64,000 nucleotides of DNA from Nitrospirota bacterium (GCA_963710375.1 CAVPZX010000005.1:416001-480000); one strand, 5' to 3'; shown: positions 20,157 through 31,295, numbered from the stretch's first letter. Notes: generated by a model from the sequence alone, not told the origin. Translations and numbers: made by a program.

Positions 20157-23100
20157 GTGGTCCAGACAGTACACGCGACCATACCCGGCAGGGCCCGATA
20201 CAAGGTGGCCGGACTTTACCGTTCGGAATCGCTGAAAAACCACATTGAATCGGGCCTTTCAGACAGGGAAGGGATTAATCTTGTCTCTGTAAACACATTG
20301 ACCGGGAGCGTTCTCGTATATTACAATTCCATCGATACCCCCGAATACGTTGCCAATGTTATTCAAAATATAGTCCTCGAACATAAAGGCAACGGTTTCA
20401 AGCAGATTGAAGATACTGCTCCTCTGTCCGGCTCCCGGCTTCCTGCAGCGGAAAGCCGTATGCCCGAGACCGGGCTGTCTCCCGCCCCGGCTAAAGAGAT
20501 AAAAAGCAGGGGTAAAGTAAGAAGGCTTGTCAGCCATGCCGAGGACCAGACGGTTGAGGAATGGCATGCTGCCGAACCGTCCGCAATCCTTGAGCGGCTC
20601 GATACTGCAGCATCTACGGGACTTTCAACTGAGAGCGCACAAGCAAGGCTAAAAAAGTTTGGTCCCAATCTCCTGCCTGAATCCGTCCCGCGTTCGGGAT
20701 TGAGCATTCTTCTCGATCAATTCAACTCGATCCCAAATGCCCTGCTGGGCGTAGCAGCCGGTCTCTCTGTTCTTACGGGAGGTATAGCTGATGCAATCGT
20801 CATTGCCGGAGTAGTAGGGATTAATGCGGTCATAGGCTATGTAACGGAGAGCCAGGCGGAAAGAACCATCCACTCTCTCAAGAGTCTTGTCAGGCCCTCT
20901 GCGCTTGTAATAAGAGATAATATTTATAAAGAGGTCCCTGCTGAAGATGTGGTAATCGGCGACATTCTGGTACTCAGGCCCGGCAGCTATGTCGCTGCCG
21001 ACAGCAGAATGGTTGAAGCAACTCACCTGAGTGTTGATGAATCAGCGCTTACCGGGGAGAGTATGCCGGTCGTTAAGTCTACGGAAAGCATCGCAGCCCA
21101 CAATCTGCCGCTTGCCGACAGGGTCAATATGGCCTATATGGGGACCCTGGTGACCGGGGGACAGGGCTTTGCTGTAGTTGTAGCCACCGGAAAGTTTACG
21201 GAGATAGGGAAGATACAGGAACTCGTGGGAGCTGCAGAGTCGCCAGATACTCCTATGGAGCGTCAGCTTAGAAAAATGGGCACACAGCTCGTGCTTATCA
21301 GCGGAGCTGTCTGTGGTCTTGTTTTCATCATAGGACTGCTGAGGGGATATGGTTTCCTGCAGATGCTCAAAAGCTCGATCTCTTTAGCTGTCGCTGCTGT
21401 CCCCGAGGGGCTGCCGACAGTTGCAACTACGACCCTCTCACTGGGGATCAGGAATATGAGGAGGCATAAAGTCCTCATTCGCCATCTCAACGCAGTCGAA
21501 ACACTCGGCTCGGTACAGACCATATGCATGGATAAGACCGGTACCATAACCCTGAACAGGATGACGGTTGTGGCTGTCCATTCGGGGATGAAGAGAATAA
21601 AGGTGATGGACGGAAAATTTATGGCCGGCAGGGAGAACATTAACCCCTATACCTCTGACGAGTTCCTCAGGCTTATCCATATTGCAGTGCTCTGCAATGA
21701 ATCTGAAATCATCGTGAAAGAACATACAGCTCGAGATCACCGTGGGAAGCACTTACGATGAGAACGGAGAGGGGAAATATGTGCTGCGCGGTTCACCCAC
21801 CGAGAACGCCCTTATGCATATGGCTATTTGTGCAGGTGTTGACATAGTTCAACTAAGAAAGATGTTCCCGCTTCTCAAAATAGGCTACCGCTCTGAAAAC
21901 CGCAATTATATGGCAACCCATCATGACTACGGCGTCGAGGGCAAGATCATAGCGTTGAAAGGCAGCCCTACGGAAGTGCTGGCAATGTGCGATTGGTATA
22001 TAAAGGACGGCGAAAAGATTTTGATCTCCGATGATGACAGGCTTGCATTGGAAACAGAGAATGAGCGAATGGCTGGTGAAGCACTGCGAGTCCTTGCCTT
22101 TGCTTATCACCAGTCTGAAAATGGCAACGGCGCCGGGTCCGACATCACCAGAGGTTTTGTGTGGCTCGGCCTGGTCGGGATGGCAGACCCCACCAGAAAG
22201 GGAGTCAGGGAACTGATCGGCGTCTTCCACCGGGCCGGCATAGAAACAGTTATGATAACCGGAGACCAGACGCCTACGGCTTATGCCATCGGAAACGAGC
22301 TTGACCTGAGCAATGGAGAACAGCTCGAAATCCTGGATTCGACCCACCTTACCGATATAGAACCCGATGTCATGAAAGCGCTTGCCGAGCGTGTCCATGT
22401 TTTTGCCCGCGTCAGTCCTGCCCATAAGCTTCAAATAGTGCAGGCTCTTCAGAGTGCGGGGAAAGTAGTCGCAATGACCGGCGACGGCATTAATGACGGC
22501 CCTGCGCTCAAGGCTGCCGACATAGGCATTGCAATGGGGCATACAGGCACAGATGTAGCCCGTGAGGTGGCCGATATTGTGCTTGAGGACGATAATCTTG
22601 AGACCATGATCATCGCTGTAAGCCATGGACGCACTATTTATAACAATATTCGAAAATCAGTGCATTTTCTCCTGTCGACCAACCTCAGTGAAATTATGGT
22701 CATGTTTACGGCCATTGCCGGAGGCCTCGGTCAGCCGGTCAATGCCATGCAACTGCTTTGGATCAACCTCATATCAGATATATTCCCCGGACTGGCGCTG
22801 GCACTTGAACAGCCAGAACCCGATGTGCTCACCAAGCCGCCGCGCAACCCTGAGCACCCTATTATTATGAGCAGCGACTTTAAAAGGATAACTTTCGAAT
22901 CCGCAATGATGAGCGCTACTACTCTCGGCGCATATGGGTACGGCATTGCGCGGTACGGACGTGGAGCGCAGGCAGGGACAATGGCCTTTATGACTCTGAC
23001 AACGAGTCAGCTTCTGCACGCCATTAGCTGCCGTTCTGAAAAAATCAGTGTCTTTGACAAAGAGCGTCTCCCGTCCAACAGGTACCTTGATGCTGCTCTG

Positions 23101-23271
23101 GGAGGCTCATTTGCGCTGCAGGCTTTGACAGTGGCATTGCCCGGACTTAGAGGCCTGCTCGGAACAACAACTATCAATTTTATGGATGCCCTGGTGATCG
23201 CAGGAGGTTCTCTGCTCCCTCTGGTTGTCAATGAAGCTACCAAGAAAACTATGCGAGGTGAAGCTATATGA
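20157..23271 (+). CDS. P2A-like cation-transporting P-type ATPase with N-terminal HMA2-like domain; one +1 frameshift near 21717-21760
   Basis: TGES, AVPEGLP, DKTGT in ORF 20157-21761; KGSP, MITGD, GDGINDGPAL, LWINLISD in ORF 21742-23271. Confidence 0.9.
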
Positions 23272-24455
23272 AAAAGGATTTCATGTTTACGTCCGAATCG
23301 GTAACAGAGGGACATCCCGACAAGCTCTGCGATCAGATTAGCGATGCCATCGTTGACCACTTTCTGCAGCAGGACCCGTACTCACGTGTTATCGCAGAAT
23401 GCGCTGTTTCGACGTCGATACTCTTCATAGCTGCAAGGTTTGCATCTGACGCACGTGTTGACTTCCCCTATATAGCACGTCAGGTAATATCTCAGGTTGG
23501 CTATGAACAGCATGAGTTTAACGGGAAAACATGCAGTATCCTTACGAGCCTCAAAGAATCACCCCGTGACGTGGACTGCTGTTTTGATGAACGGGAGTTG
23601 TCCGAGAGAGAAATCGACAATATCCCGGTCAAGAACCAGGTTACGGTTTTTGGTTTCGCATGTAATCAAACCCCCGCATTTATGCCGCTTCCCATATGGC
23701 TCGCTCATAAGCTTGCCAGACGGCTCACTTCGGCAAGACTTCAGAAGATACTGCCCTATCTTTCCCAGGACGGAAAAACCCAGGTGGGAGTTGAATTCAG
23801 GAACCGCGTTCCATACAGGATACACAGCTTAACGGTTATTGCAAGCCAGAATAAGCGCGGAGGCCCTGATCTGAAACAGTTGGGCGATGATATACGGGAA
23901 GCAATTATCGATAATGTCTTCCTTGATGAATCTATCAAGCCTGATAAAAATACCAGGATATTCGTTAATCCGGACGGCCCGTTTATCACCGGCGGCCCGT
24001 CAATCCATTCAGGGCTTACCGGCAGAAAAAATGCAATTGATACCTATGGGGAGTACTCTCGCCACAGCGGTGCAGCACTCAGCGGTAAGGACCCGATGAG
24101 AATTGACCGGGTCGGCGCGTATGCTGCGCGTTACGCGGCGAAGAATGTGATTGCGGCCGGGCTTGCCGAGGAGTGCGAAATCCAGCTCAGCTATTCCATA
24201 GGTCTTTCCCATCCTGTGAGCATTCAGGTAGAGACCTTTGGCACCGGCAAACTGCCGGACGCGATTATTGCCGATCTGGTTGAGAAGAATTTTGATTTCA
24301 GGCTTGCCGGAATTGTGAAACAGTTTAGTCTCAGGCGCCTGCCTGCTGCCATTAAAGGCGGTTTCTATCGGAAGCTTGCTGTCTATGGGCATGTCGGCAG
24401 AATGGATATAGGGTTGCCGTGGGAAGTCACTGATAAGGCCCACCTGCTGAAATAG
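23268..24455 (+). CDS. metK: Divergent S-adenosylmethionine synthetase paralogue
   Basis: FTSESVTEGHPDK, DGKTQV, GLTGRK, SGKD present; GAGDQG replaced by PVKNQV. Confidence 0.85.
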   Translation: MKKDFMFTSESVTEGHPDKLCDQISDAIVDHFLQQDPYSRVIAECAVSTSILFIAARFASDARVDFPYIARQVISQVGYEQHEFNGKTCSILTSLKESPRDVDCCFDERELSEREIDNIPVKNQVTVFGFACNQTPAFMPLPIWLAHKLARRLTSARLQKILPYLSQDGKTQVGVEFRNRVPYRIHSLTVIASQNKRGGPDLKQLGDDIREAIIDNVFLDESIKPDKNTRIFVNPDGPFITGGPSIHSGLTGRKNAIDTYGEYSRHSGAALSGKDPMRIDRVGAYAARYAAKNVIAAGLAEECEIQLSYSIGLSHPVSIQVETFGTGKLPDAIIADLVEKNFDFRLAGIVKQFSLRRLPAAIKGGFYRKLAVYGHVGRMDIGLPWEVTDKAHLLK

Positions 24456-24533
24456 CAGGCAGAGGCAAAGGTAGAGGTATAGATAGATAAACTCTACCTT
24501 TGCCTCTACCTCTGCCTCTGCCTTTGCTTTTCT

Positions 24534-24588
24534 GTAACTTAAAATTAATGTTCCTGTAAAACTACTTTAACCCTTTTCCCTGTAGAGT
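24534..24588 (+). promoter_or_regulatory. Pho-box-like array and -10
   Basis: GTAAC/TTAAT/GTAAA/TTAAC at 24534, 24545, 24556, 24567; TAGAGT at 24583. Confidence 0.65.
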
Positions 24589-24621
24589 ATATAAATGTGC
24601 TTTATCGCAGGAGGGGTGATA

Positions 24622-25413
24622 ATGGGACAGAATCAAAGCACAGTTCTGAGCATGCGCAATGGTCACTTTATTGTAAAACTGGCTGAATATCACGAAGAAC
24701 TGGAAAACACACTCAAACTGCGTTTCGATATATTTAACAGGGAGATGAATGAGGGCCTAAAAAGCTCTTACGTCACCGGCATGGACATGGACAATTATGA
24801 TGACTACTGTGATCACCTCATTGTTGTCGATACCCGTTGTAACAAGGTGGTCGGGACTTATCGTCTGCTCCTGGGTTTTGTCGCAGAAAACAGTATCGGC
24901 TACTATTCGGAGGGCGAATTCGATATGTCCGCTATCAGGACTATCGGGGGCGATAAGCTGGAACTCGGCCGCTCCTGCGTCCACAAGGATTACAGGAATG
25001 CCGGTGTCATCAATCTGCTTTGGGCCGGCATAGCCCGGTACATAGAAATATATGGTATTCGCCATTTATTCGGCTGCGGCAGTCTGCATACCAGTGACCC
25101 TGAAGAAGTAGGCATGGTATACTCTTACATGAACACATTTCACCGGGCAGGCGACGAATATACGGTGTATCCTATGAAAAAGCTGCGCGAGGTACGCTTG
25201 GCCAGCATTGTGGACCGGAAAACCGCGTTCGATAAACTCCCGCCGCTTATCAAGGGATATCTGCGGCTCGGAGCGCTTATATGCGGAGAGCCGGCTTATG
25301 ACGACATATTCGGAACAACGGATCTCTTTTTGCTCCTGGAAACAGAAAAGCTCATCAGCCGCTATAAAAGGAGGTTTTTCCAGCAGCCAGACGAGACATT
25401 ATGCCGGGCATAA
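24622..25413 (+). CDS. GNAT N-acyltransferase, OlsB-like (ornithine/amino-lipid synthesis)
   Basis: DMDNYDDYCDHL, VVGTYRL, ELGRSCVH, LPPLIKGYLRLGA. Confidence 0.85.
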   Translation: MGQNQSTVLSMRNGHFIVKLAEYHEELENTLKLRFDIFNREMNEGLKSSYVTGMDMDNYDDYCDHLIVVDTRCNKVVGTYRLLLGFVAENSIGYYSEGEFDMSAIRTIGGDKLELGRSCVHKDYRNAGVINLLWAGIARYIEIYGIRHLFGCGSLHTSDPEEVGMVYSYMNTFHRAGDEYTVYPMKKLREVRLASIVDRKTAFDKLPPLIKGYLRLGALICGEPAYDDIFGTTDLFLLLETEKLISRYKRRFFQQPDETLCRA

Positions 25414-26201
25414 TAAAACTATTAAGATTATTCCTGATTCTTATACTAAATCTCGTGTTCCTTGTCTGCGGTTTTTTGATAACGGCAGCTTTTTTTATTG
25501 CTCCTGAAAAGAAAATGTACCTCCGTGCTCATGGAATGCGATGGTGGGCGCGAGTCGGCTGTTTTATCCTTGGTATCCATATTACTCCCACCGGCTCATA
25601 TAAACAAAACGATGTCTTCTTCATCGTGAGTAATCATTGCAGCTATCTGGATATACTCATCATAGGCGCTATAATGCCCTCGGTCTTCGTCTCAAAAAGC
25701 GAGGTGGCCTCGTGGGTCTTCCTGGGCAGGATGGTAAAGCTTGCAGGGACTGTTTTTGTCAACAGGGAATCCAAAACAGCTGCTGTCAGAGTATTGGAGG
25801 CTATTAAGGAGCGCCTCGAGAGCGGCATTAGTGTTGTGGTTTTCCCTGAGGGAACTACCAATAACGGACTCAACATCAGGGATTTCAAGAGCACCTTTTT
25901 CAAAGCACCCATAGACAGCAAGGTGCCTATTTTGCCGCTCAGTATTATATACTCCCATTTAAACGGGATGCCTGTGACACCCGGAACAATTGATGCCGTG
26001 GCCTGGCATTCAGATATGCAGTTTGTCCCTCATTTTTGGAACCTTCTGGGTTTCAGCCGGATTGATGCAAGGATTCATTTCAATCCACCGCTTTACCATT
26101 TCACGGAAGACAGAAAAACACTCTCTTCTTTTGTGTCAGGGAAGGTCAAGCACGGCCATAATCTTTTAATTAAGAATTACGAATCAGGAATTAGGAATTA
26201 G
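25401..26201 (+). CDS. Lysophospholipid acyltransferase, OlsA/PlsC-like
   Basis: NHCSYLD and FPEGTT motifs; coupled to the OlsB-like gene. Confidence 0.88.
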   Translation: MPGIIKLLRLFLILILNLVFLVCGFLITAAFFIAPEKKMYLRAHGMRWWARVGCFILGIHITPTGSYKQNDVFFIVSNHCSYLDILIIGAIMPSVFVSKSEVASWVFLGRMVKLAGTVFVNRESKTAAVRVLEAIKERLESGISVVVFPEGTTNNGLNIRDFKSTFFKAPIDSKVPILPLSIIYSHLNGMPVTPGTIDAVAWHSDMQFVPHFWNLLGFSRIDARIHFNPPLYHFTEDRKTLSSFVSGKVKHGHNLLIKNYESGIRN

Positions 26202-26247
26202 AGAAATAAATATTGATTATACAGCCAGGAGAGTTGTACCGGCGGAT

Positions 26248-26619
26248 TTATAATAATACAGCTAATAACGACAGTGCTGATCCTTCCAATGCTTCCTGGA
26301 CAAAAGCCCCCAATACCGCCCGGCCCACCAAATGTCCTGTTTTAGCGGCAGCGCTATGTATATACTGATCATTGGTGGCCGCCTTTGTCGTATCGAAATA
26401 ACCTTTCCGTTGTAATATGCTTATGATATCCTTATGGTTGGCCATCTTTGGATTATAGTTCACCAGCAGACTGCCGGTAGTAAGGTTAATATCGACCGTA
26501 GCAATCCCATTCATTGTACTTAATGCCTTTTTGAGTTCGTTAGCCACGTTTTCGTTCCTTTTTATCGACGGGCTTTTAATTCTGAGTCTCCCGGGCACAT
26601 TATGAATGTAATAACTCAT
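26248..26619 (-). CDS. HMA2-like domain protein
   Basis: HNVPGRLRIK...INLTTGSLLVNY; AAGGAGG SD. Confidence 0.8.
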   Translation of the reverse strand: MSYYIHNVPGRLRIKSPSIKRNENVANELKKALSTMNGIATVDINLTTGSLLVNYNPKMANHKDIISILQRKGYFDTTKAATNDQYIHSAAAKTGHLVGRAVLGAFVQEALEGSALSLLAVLL

Positions 26620-26911
26620 TGTATCCCTCCTTATATGTTTTCGTGAATGTCTTGCAAACCGGATATCCCGAACACCTGAATCGTAATACTTTATCTTCCC
26701 TTTTATATAAATGCATTATCTTTCCACACACAGGACATGACGGCCTGTCCCTGACTTCAAATCTCCCGGTACCATGAGTAAATTGCCTGCCGCATATAAG
26801 ACATAGAAACCTCTGTTTCCCTTGCCAAGTTTTACCATATTTATAAACAGCATCCAAATTACAGTGCGGACATTTTGCTTCAACTTTTTCTTTCGCCGCA
26901 TCTGTCGTCAT
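26600..26911 (-). CDS. Double zinc-ribbon protein (IS1 InsA-like ribbon plus topoisomerase C4-like ribbon)
   Basis: CPHC...GKQRFLCLIC and CPVCGKIM...FRCSGYPVC. Confidence 0.7.
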   Translation of the reverse strand: MTTDAAKEKVEAKCPHCNLDAVYKYGKTWQGKQRFLCLICGRQFTHGTGRFEVRDRPSCPVCGKIMHLYKREDKVLRFRCSGYPVCKTFTKTYKEGYNELLHS

Positions 26912-26917
26912 ATAAAC

Positions 26918-26972
26918 ATTGTAATCAAATACCATTACAACAATATGACAGTCTGTGTTACCAACGAGTTAA
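26918..26972 (-). promoter_or_regulatory. Pho-box-like array and -10
   Basis: Minus-strand TTAAC, GTAAC, CTGTCAT, GTAAT at 11-12 bp spacing; TACAAT 10 bp downstream. Confidence 0.6.
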
Positions 26973-27196
26973 ATCCCGGAGCACTCGACCGACTTATACG
27001 TACCTCCATAGTCGACCATTTGCATTGAGCAGAAATAGACAGAACACGCTTCATGACGCCTGCTCATGCATATTCTTATGTTCACATCCGGCATATCATT
27101 GATAAGTTTGTTTACCACAAGGCACTGCGCACCTACTTCGCTTCCCTTGAGATACGGACAGATAGTAAGTCTTTCCATGTACATTTTGCTCTCCAT
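26969..27196 (-). CDS. Small Cys4 protein (C-x11-C-x17-C-x7-C)
   Basis: CPYLKG...C...CMSRRHEACSVY. Confidence 0.7.
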   Translation of the reverse strand: MESKMYMERLTICPYLKGSEVGAQCLVVNKLINDMPDVNIRICMSRRHEACSVYFCSMQMVDYGGTYKSVECSGI

Positions 27197-27205
27197 TTCA
27201 CTTGT

Positions 27206-27249
27206 ATAATAACAACTCTTGTGTTACAACAATATGAAAAGAATGTTAC
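27206..27249 (-). promoter_or_regulatory. Pho-box-like array and -10
   Basis: Minus-strand GTAAC/TTCAT/GTAAC at 27245, 27234, 27223; TATTAT 11 bp downstream. Confidence 0.6.
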
Positions 27250-27337
27250 AATTCTGTAACAATTGACTAATAACTTACAGCTAATAAGTCATGGGCAAAA
27301 CAACATACTCTTTTACAACCTGTAACCCGGATATTCT

Positions 27338-27544
27338 TTACCTCCTTCGGAGGGTCCTGGCCAAAAAAATCGGACAATTGTCGTAATCTTCATTGTTGCA
27401 ATAGCCGGATCTTCTCCTGGTATCTATTGTCAATTGTGACAGAGAGGCTGCACATATGCCGTTGTCGTTATTGGAATATGGACAGCTATGTTCGCAGCCG
27501 GTAATTGTATGGCATCTTTCGCTCTGCGTTATAGATGTGTTCAT
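27338..27544 (-). CDS. Small Cys4 protein (C-x9-C-x17-C-x7-C)
   Basis: CPYSNNDNGIC...YCNNEDYDNCPIF. Confidence 0.7.
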   Translation of the reverse strand: MNTSITQSERCHTITGCEHSCPYSNNDNGICAASLSQLTIDTRRRSGYCNNEDYDNCPIFLARTLRRR

Positions 27545-27561
27545 GTCGCCAGTTCACCTAT

Positions 27562-29292
27562 TTACTCATTGACTCGTTCAAATGGTTTATTGCCATTGGA
27601 CCGTGTTTTGAATCCTGTTGACGAATTCCTTAGTTCATCAGCAATGCCGGTAAGGGCGTCAACCTCATGTGTCACTTCGACAGACATCATCTCCATTTCT
27701 TTTGCTATCGCTGACGTCTCCTCAATACTCCTGAGCACGTCTTCGGATACCGCTGTCTGCTGGTCAACTGCCGCGGCAATCTGAGTTATCTGATCACGTA
27801 CCTTGCGCACAGAGTCCACTATACTGGTCAGTGAAGCGCCCGCCTGTGTCATATAGTCTTTCGCTCCTGTAACTTCATCAGAAGCATCCCGCATGGATTT
27901 TGTTGTCTTCCTGGATTCTGACTGGACAGCGTGAATTTTTTCCGTAATCTCGGCGGTGGCCCTGATTGTCCGCTCGGCCAGCTTGCGCACTTCATCAGCA
28001 ACTACGGCAAATCCCCTCCCTTGCTCGCCGGCGCGGGCCGCTTCAATAGCTGCATTGAGTGCAAGAAGATTGGTTTGGTCGGCAATATCGTTTATGACGG
28101 TAGCTATATCCCCGATTTCGCTCACCCTGTTGTTAAGCCCCTCCATCATTGAAGCTGCCTCAACAGTTGAAACGTGCACCTTGCTTACCGTAGCAACTGC
28201 CCCGTCAATTACGCTCTTGCCCCTTTCAGCGGCGGACATGGTCTGTGCAGAGGTCTCAGATGCGGCTGTGGCGCCTGCCGCAATGTTGTTAATGGTCTGG
28301 CTCATCTCGCCGGCAGAGGTGGCGATGTGCGCTGCTTGGAGGGATTGGCTTTTTGCGCCGCCAGCCGTTTTTTCAGCTTCAGCCCTCAGCTTCTGTACTG
28401 TGGAGATCACCTTATTTTCCGAATCGAGCATGCCGCCTATCATTCCGTTAAATGAATGGATCATCTTGTTAACATCGCGGCTCAGAATCCCTATCTCATC
28501 TTTGCTGTCATATTCAACTGATGCGGTAAGATCGCCGCTGGCCACCTGTTCAACAGTTTCAGCAAGTTTGGTCAGCGGTTTAATTATGTCGTTGACTATA
28601 AGGTAGCCGAAAATTATTGCGAGCGCCACTCCGACTATAATACTCACAAAAGCTATGGTGCTCACTGTTGTAAACAGCGATTCCGAGTGTGCATATGTCT
28701 CTTTAGCTTCCTCGATGTGGAGGGCGATCAACTCGCCAAGTTTTTGCTCAATCGGCTCAATAGTGGGATTCAGTTCGTCGATAAAAAAGTCGCTGAGTTT
28801 CTGACGGTCTTCCTCTTGTAAACTGTCCTTTAATTTGTTCAGAGGCGCCTCCAGACCAACCTGGGTATTATTTGCGCTCGCGATATCAAACAGCGGTTGA
28901 GTCTCTGCTATCAGTTTCTTCTCACGTGCGGTGTGCTCCAGTTCGGTATAGGCCTTCCATTTTTCGGCGATCACCAACAGCGCCTTATCAACGTTCTTGC
29001 GTCCTTCCTGCCATAAAGACTTATCCCCTTCAATAGGGTTGTCCCTGATGCGCTGCACGGACTTGACGATATTTATTGCATACATGTCAGATATTTCCTG
29101 AAGATCTTTCAATGGCAGCACATTTTTTTTGTATACGATATCGGTGCCGGCTACGGTCTTTTGCATGCCTATGATACCGAGTGTGCCGATAGCGATCAAC
29201 AGCATCAGCATAAAAACGACGAGCGCCAGGAGACGGTAGCCGATCTTTACATTATCCAGAAAAACGGTCTTGTATTTTTTTTTGAAACTCAT
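27562..29292 (-). CDS. Methyl-accepting chemotaxis protein (4HB sensor, HAMP)
   Basis: [38 protein letters not shown] at 29292 overlaps the upstream stop. Confidence 0.95.
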   Translation of the reverse strand: MSFKKKYKTVFLDNVKIGYRLLALVVFMLMLLIAIGTLGIIGMQKTVAGTDIVYKKNVLPLKDLQEISDMYAINIVKSVQRIRDNPIEGDKSLWQEGRKNVDKALLVIAEKWKAYTELEHTAREKKLIAETQPLFDIASANNTQVGLEAPLNKLKDSLQEEDRQKLSDFFIDELNPTIEPIEQKLGELIALHIEEAKETYAHSESLFTTVSTIAFVSIIVGVALAIIFGYLIVNDIIKPLTKLAETVEQVASGDLTASVEYDSKDEIGILSRDVNKMIHSFNGMIGGMLDSENKVISTVQKLRAEAEKTAGGAKSQSLQAAHIATSAGEMSQTINNIAAGATAASETSAQTMSAAERGKSVIDGAVATVSKVHVSTVEAASMMEGLNNRVSEIGDIATVINDIADQTNLLALNAAIEAARAGEQGRGFAVVADEVRKLAERTIRATAEITEKIHAVQSESRKTTKSMRDASDEVTGAKDYMTQAGASLTSIVDSVRKVRDQITQIAAAVDQQTAVSEDVLRSIEETSAIAKEMEMMSVEVTHEVDALTGIADELRNSSTGFKTRSNGNKPFERVNE

Positions 29293-30518
29293 TATGCAAA
29301 GCGCTCTTTTATTGCATCTATAATCCTGTAGCGCAGGGACCAGAAACCGGTTTCCGGGCAGGGGGAGAGTATAGAATTTTTGCCGATACTGTACCTGTTG
29401 CCTCTCCAAACAACGGTGTTGCTGACAATCGGCACAGACCATATGAGCCCGATAAGAAGGTCTTTAAACGGGGCAAGCAAATAAAGAAAAGGATTATCCA
29501 GTTCGCTTCCGGTCTTTCTGCCCAGATAGAAGTCACCGGCCACCTTAAGTAGTGAAGTGAGAATTGCGAACGTGACGGTCAATTTAGTGCATTGCCAGAA
29601 TACAATCGGCAGCGCCGACATGAATACCGGGTTGCCTAATAGTTCGAATACATATTTCCCGCCGCCGAGTTTCCACCTGAGCTTGCCCCATCTCGTATGA
29701 CGGTTAAGGAACCGCCTTAGCCCCCAGTATTGATTTACATTTTGCACCATGTAGCCAGACAGCACCACTTTTTTGCCGCTCTTGCGCATTCTTTCCCCAA
29801 TGACATAATCCTCGGCAAGAATATCTTTTACCGCTTTGAGCCCGCCGATTGCCTCTAAATCCTTCTTGGACATCAGCATGGATTTCCCAACCACGCAGGG
29901 CATTCTCAAAAACTTATCGAGAAAGCATACGCTTCCCATAACAAAAGAGTTAAGATGCAGATTTTCAAATACTGCGCCCAGGGAACGGCCGCCGACACCT
30001 TTTATAATATTGCTTACCAACCCTATTTCACGGCCTTTGGCAGGATTCTCTATATGACTGGTTATTGCCCTGAGATACTTTTCATCAACCATGACATTGC
30101 TGTCGCTTATAAGGATATAGTCATACCTTGAAACTTTATACGCGGGCAGAAGATTATTGACTTTCGGATTAAGGCCGGAATTGGAATCTTCAACTATAAT
30201 GGTGATGTTTCTGTCAGGGCATTTTTCTCTTATTTTCCTCGCTACTTTGTAAGCAGGATCATTATGACTCTGGAGCGAGAATATGATCTCATATTCAGGA
30301 TAGTCCTGATTACAAAAGCTGAGAAGGTTGTCGTGCAAATTGTCATCCAATCCCTTAAGCGGTTTAAGAATCGAAACGGGAGGAAAAAGTCGGGGAAGGG
30401 CATGCCCTTCCCCGCAGTCACAGGGAGTGGAAAGATACGAGCGCACTGCCAATATTTGGAAGCCATACGCAATAAGACCTAAAAAAGTAAGAGAAGCAAA
30501 AAGCCAGAATATGCCCAT
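29292..30518 (-). CDS. Ceramide glucosyltransferase/HpnI-like glycosyltransferase
   Basis: [30 protein letters not shown] motifs. Confidence 0.85.
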   Translation of the reverse strand: MGIFWLFASLTFLGLIAYGFQILAVRSYLSTPCDCGEGHALPRLFPPVSILKPLKGLDDNLHDNLLSFCNQDYPEYEIIFSLQSHNDPAYKVARKIREKCPDRNITIIVEDSNSGLNPKVNNLLPAYKVSRYDYILISDSNVMVDEKYLRAITSHIENPAKGREIGLVSNIIKGVGGRSLGAVFENLHLNSFVMGSVCFLDKFLRMPCVVGKSMLMSKKDLEAIGGLKAVKDILAEDYVIGERMRKSGKKVVLSGYMVQNVNQYWGLRRFLNRHTRWGKLRWKLGGGKYVFELLGNPVFMSALPIVFWQCTKLTVTFAILTSLLKVAGDFYLGRKTGSELDNPFLYLLAPFKDLLIGLIWSVPIVSNTVVWRGNRYSIGKNSILSPCPETGFWSLRYRIIDAIKERFA

Positions 30519-30543
30519 TACTCTCCCTCCATTAGTGTTTCAC

Positions 30544-31242
30544 TTAGTTTCTGAATAGGGTTATTGCAACCCCTTTGTTGTGTTTAATACATTGTTTCAC
30601 CGCTGCAGTATCTTTCTCGCAATTAAGCAGCGTTTTCCACGAATACAGGTGTCGTGCCTTATGGAAGTCGCTATTGGCAACATAGGGATACTTTTTCAGA
30701 CTTATAACATTGAAAACATCGTCTCTGTTTGCCACTTCCCATGCATCGATATATTTGGCATATTTCTCCCTGTTGTTCCAGAGGAACAGGGTGTCACGGC
30801 TCATGTCAGACATATAATGAGGGTGGCAGGCCACTATCAGAGCGTCCTGTTCCCTTGCCTCGGAAAAAATCTTCTCATAGTTCCAGGAGGCGGGAATAAA
30901 ATCCTTTATATCAATAAGCAGCAAGTGAGCAGATTTGTCGGAAGAGATATGATTTTTGCTGATTTCAACTCCTGGGATCACCAGCATCCCGTACTTGTCC
31001 AATGCTCTATCCGCCTCTTTCCTGATATGTTCCATATACTCGCCGAAATTGTCTTCCCTTACTGAAAGGTTGAAGCGCTGGGCAAACTTTCCTATGGAGT
31101 TGTCGCCACTCACTACATGGTCGGTAATTGCAATAACATCGAATGCCGCTTGTCCAAAAAGGTCGATGGTTCGTCTCAACTCCACGGAACCGTCAGAGTA
31201 TGTGGTGTGGATATGAAAATCACACAAAAGCATCATATACAT
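30544..31242 (-). CDS. PHP-domain phosphoesterase
   Basis: DFHIHTTYSDG, AITDH, NSDFH. Confidence 0.88.
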   Translation of the reverse strand: MYMMLLCDFHIHTTYSDGSVELRRTIDLFGQAAFDVIAITDHVVSGDNSIGKFAQRFNLSVREDNFGEYMEHIRKEADRALDKYGMLVIPGVEISKNHISSDKSAHLLLIDIKDFIPASWNYEKIFSEAREQDALIVACHPHYMSDMSRDTLFLWNNREKYAKYIDAWEVANRDDVFNVISLKKYPYVANSDFHKARHLYSWKTLLNCEKDTAAVKQCIKHNKGVAITLFRN

Positions 31243-31257
31243 ATTAGTATTTCTTTG

Positions 31258-31295
31258 GTTACAGCATTATTAAGGGCGGATTAAGATTATGTTAC
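31258..31295 (-). promoter_or_regulatory. Pho-box-like array
   Basis: Minus-strand GTAAC/TTAAT/TTAAT/GTAAC at 31291, 31280, 31269, 31258. Confidence 0.65.

Noticed and set aside
21710..21765. Genuinely split two-subunit P-type ATPase
   Set aside because: One extra base, possibly in GTGAAAG, explains the break inside the N domain; same +1 pattern as gltX and malQ
26600..26935. IS1 insertion sequence
   Set aside because: No InsB/DDE domain and no terminal inverted repeats
29293..29442. N-terminal extension of the MCP in the ORF track
   Set aside because: Overlaps the glycosyltransferase; the ATG at 29292 coupled to its stop is more plausible
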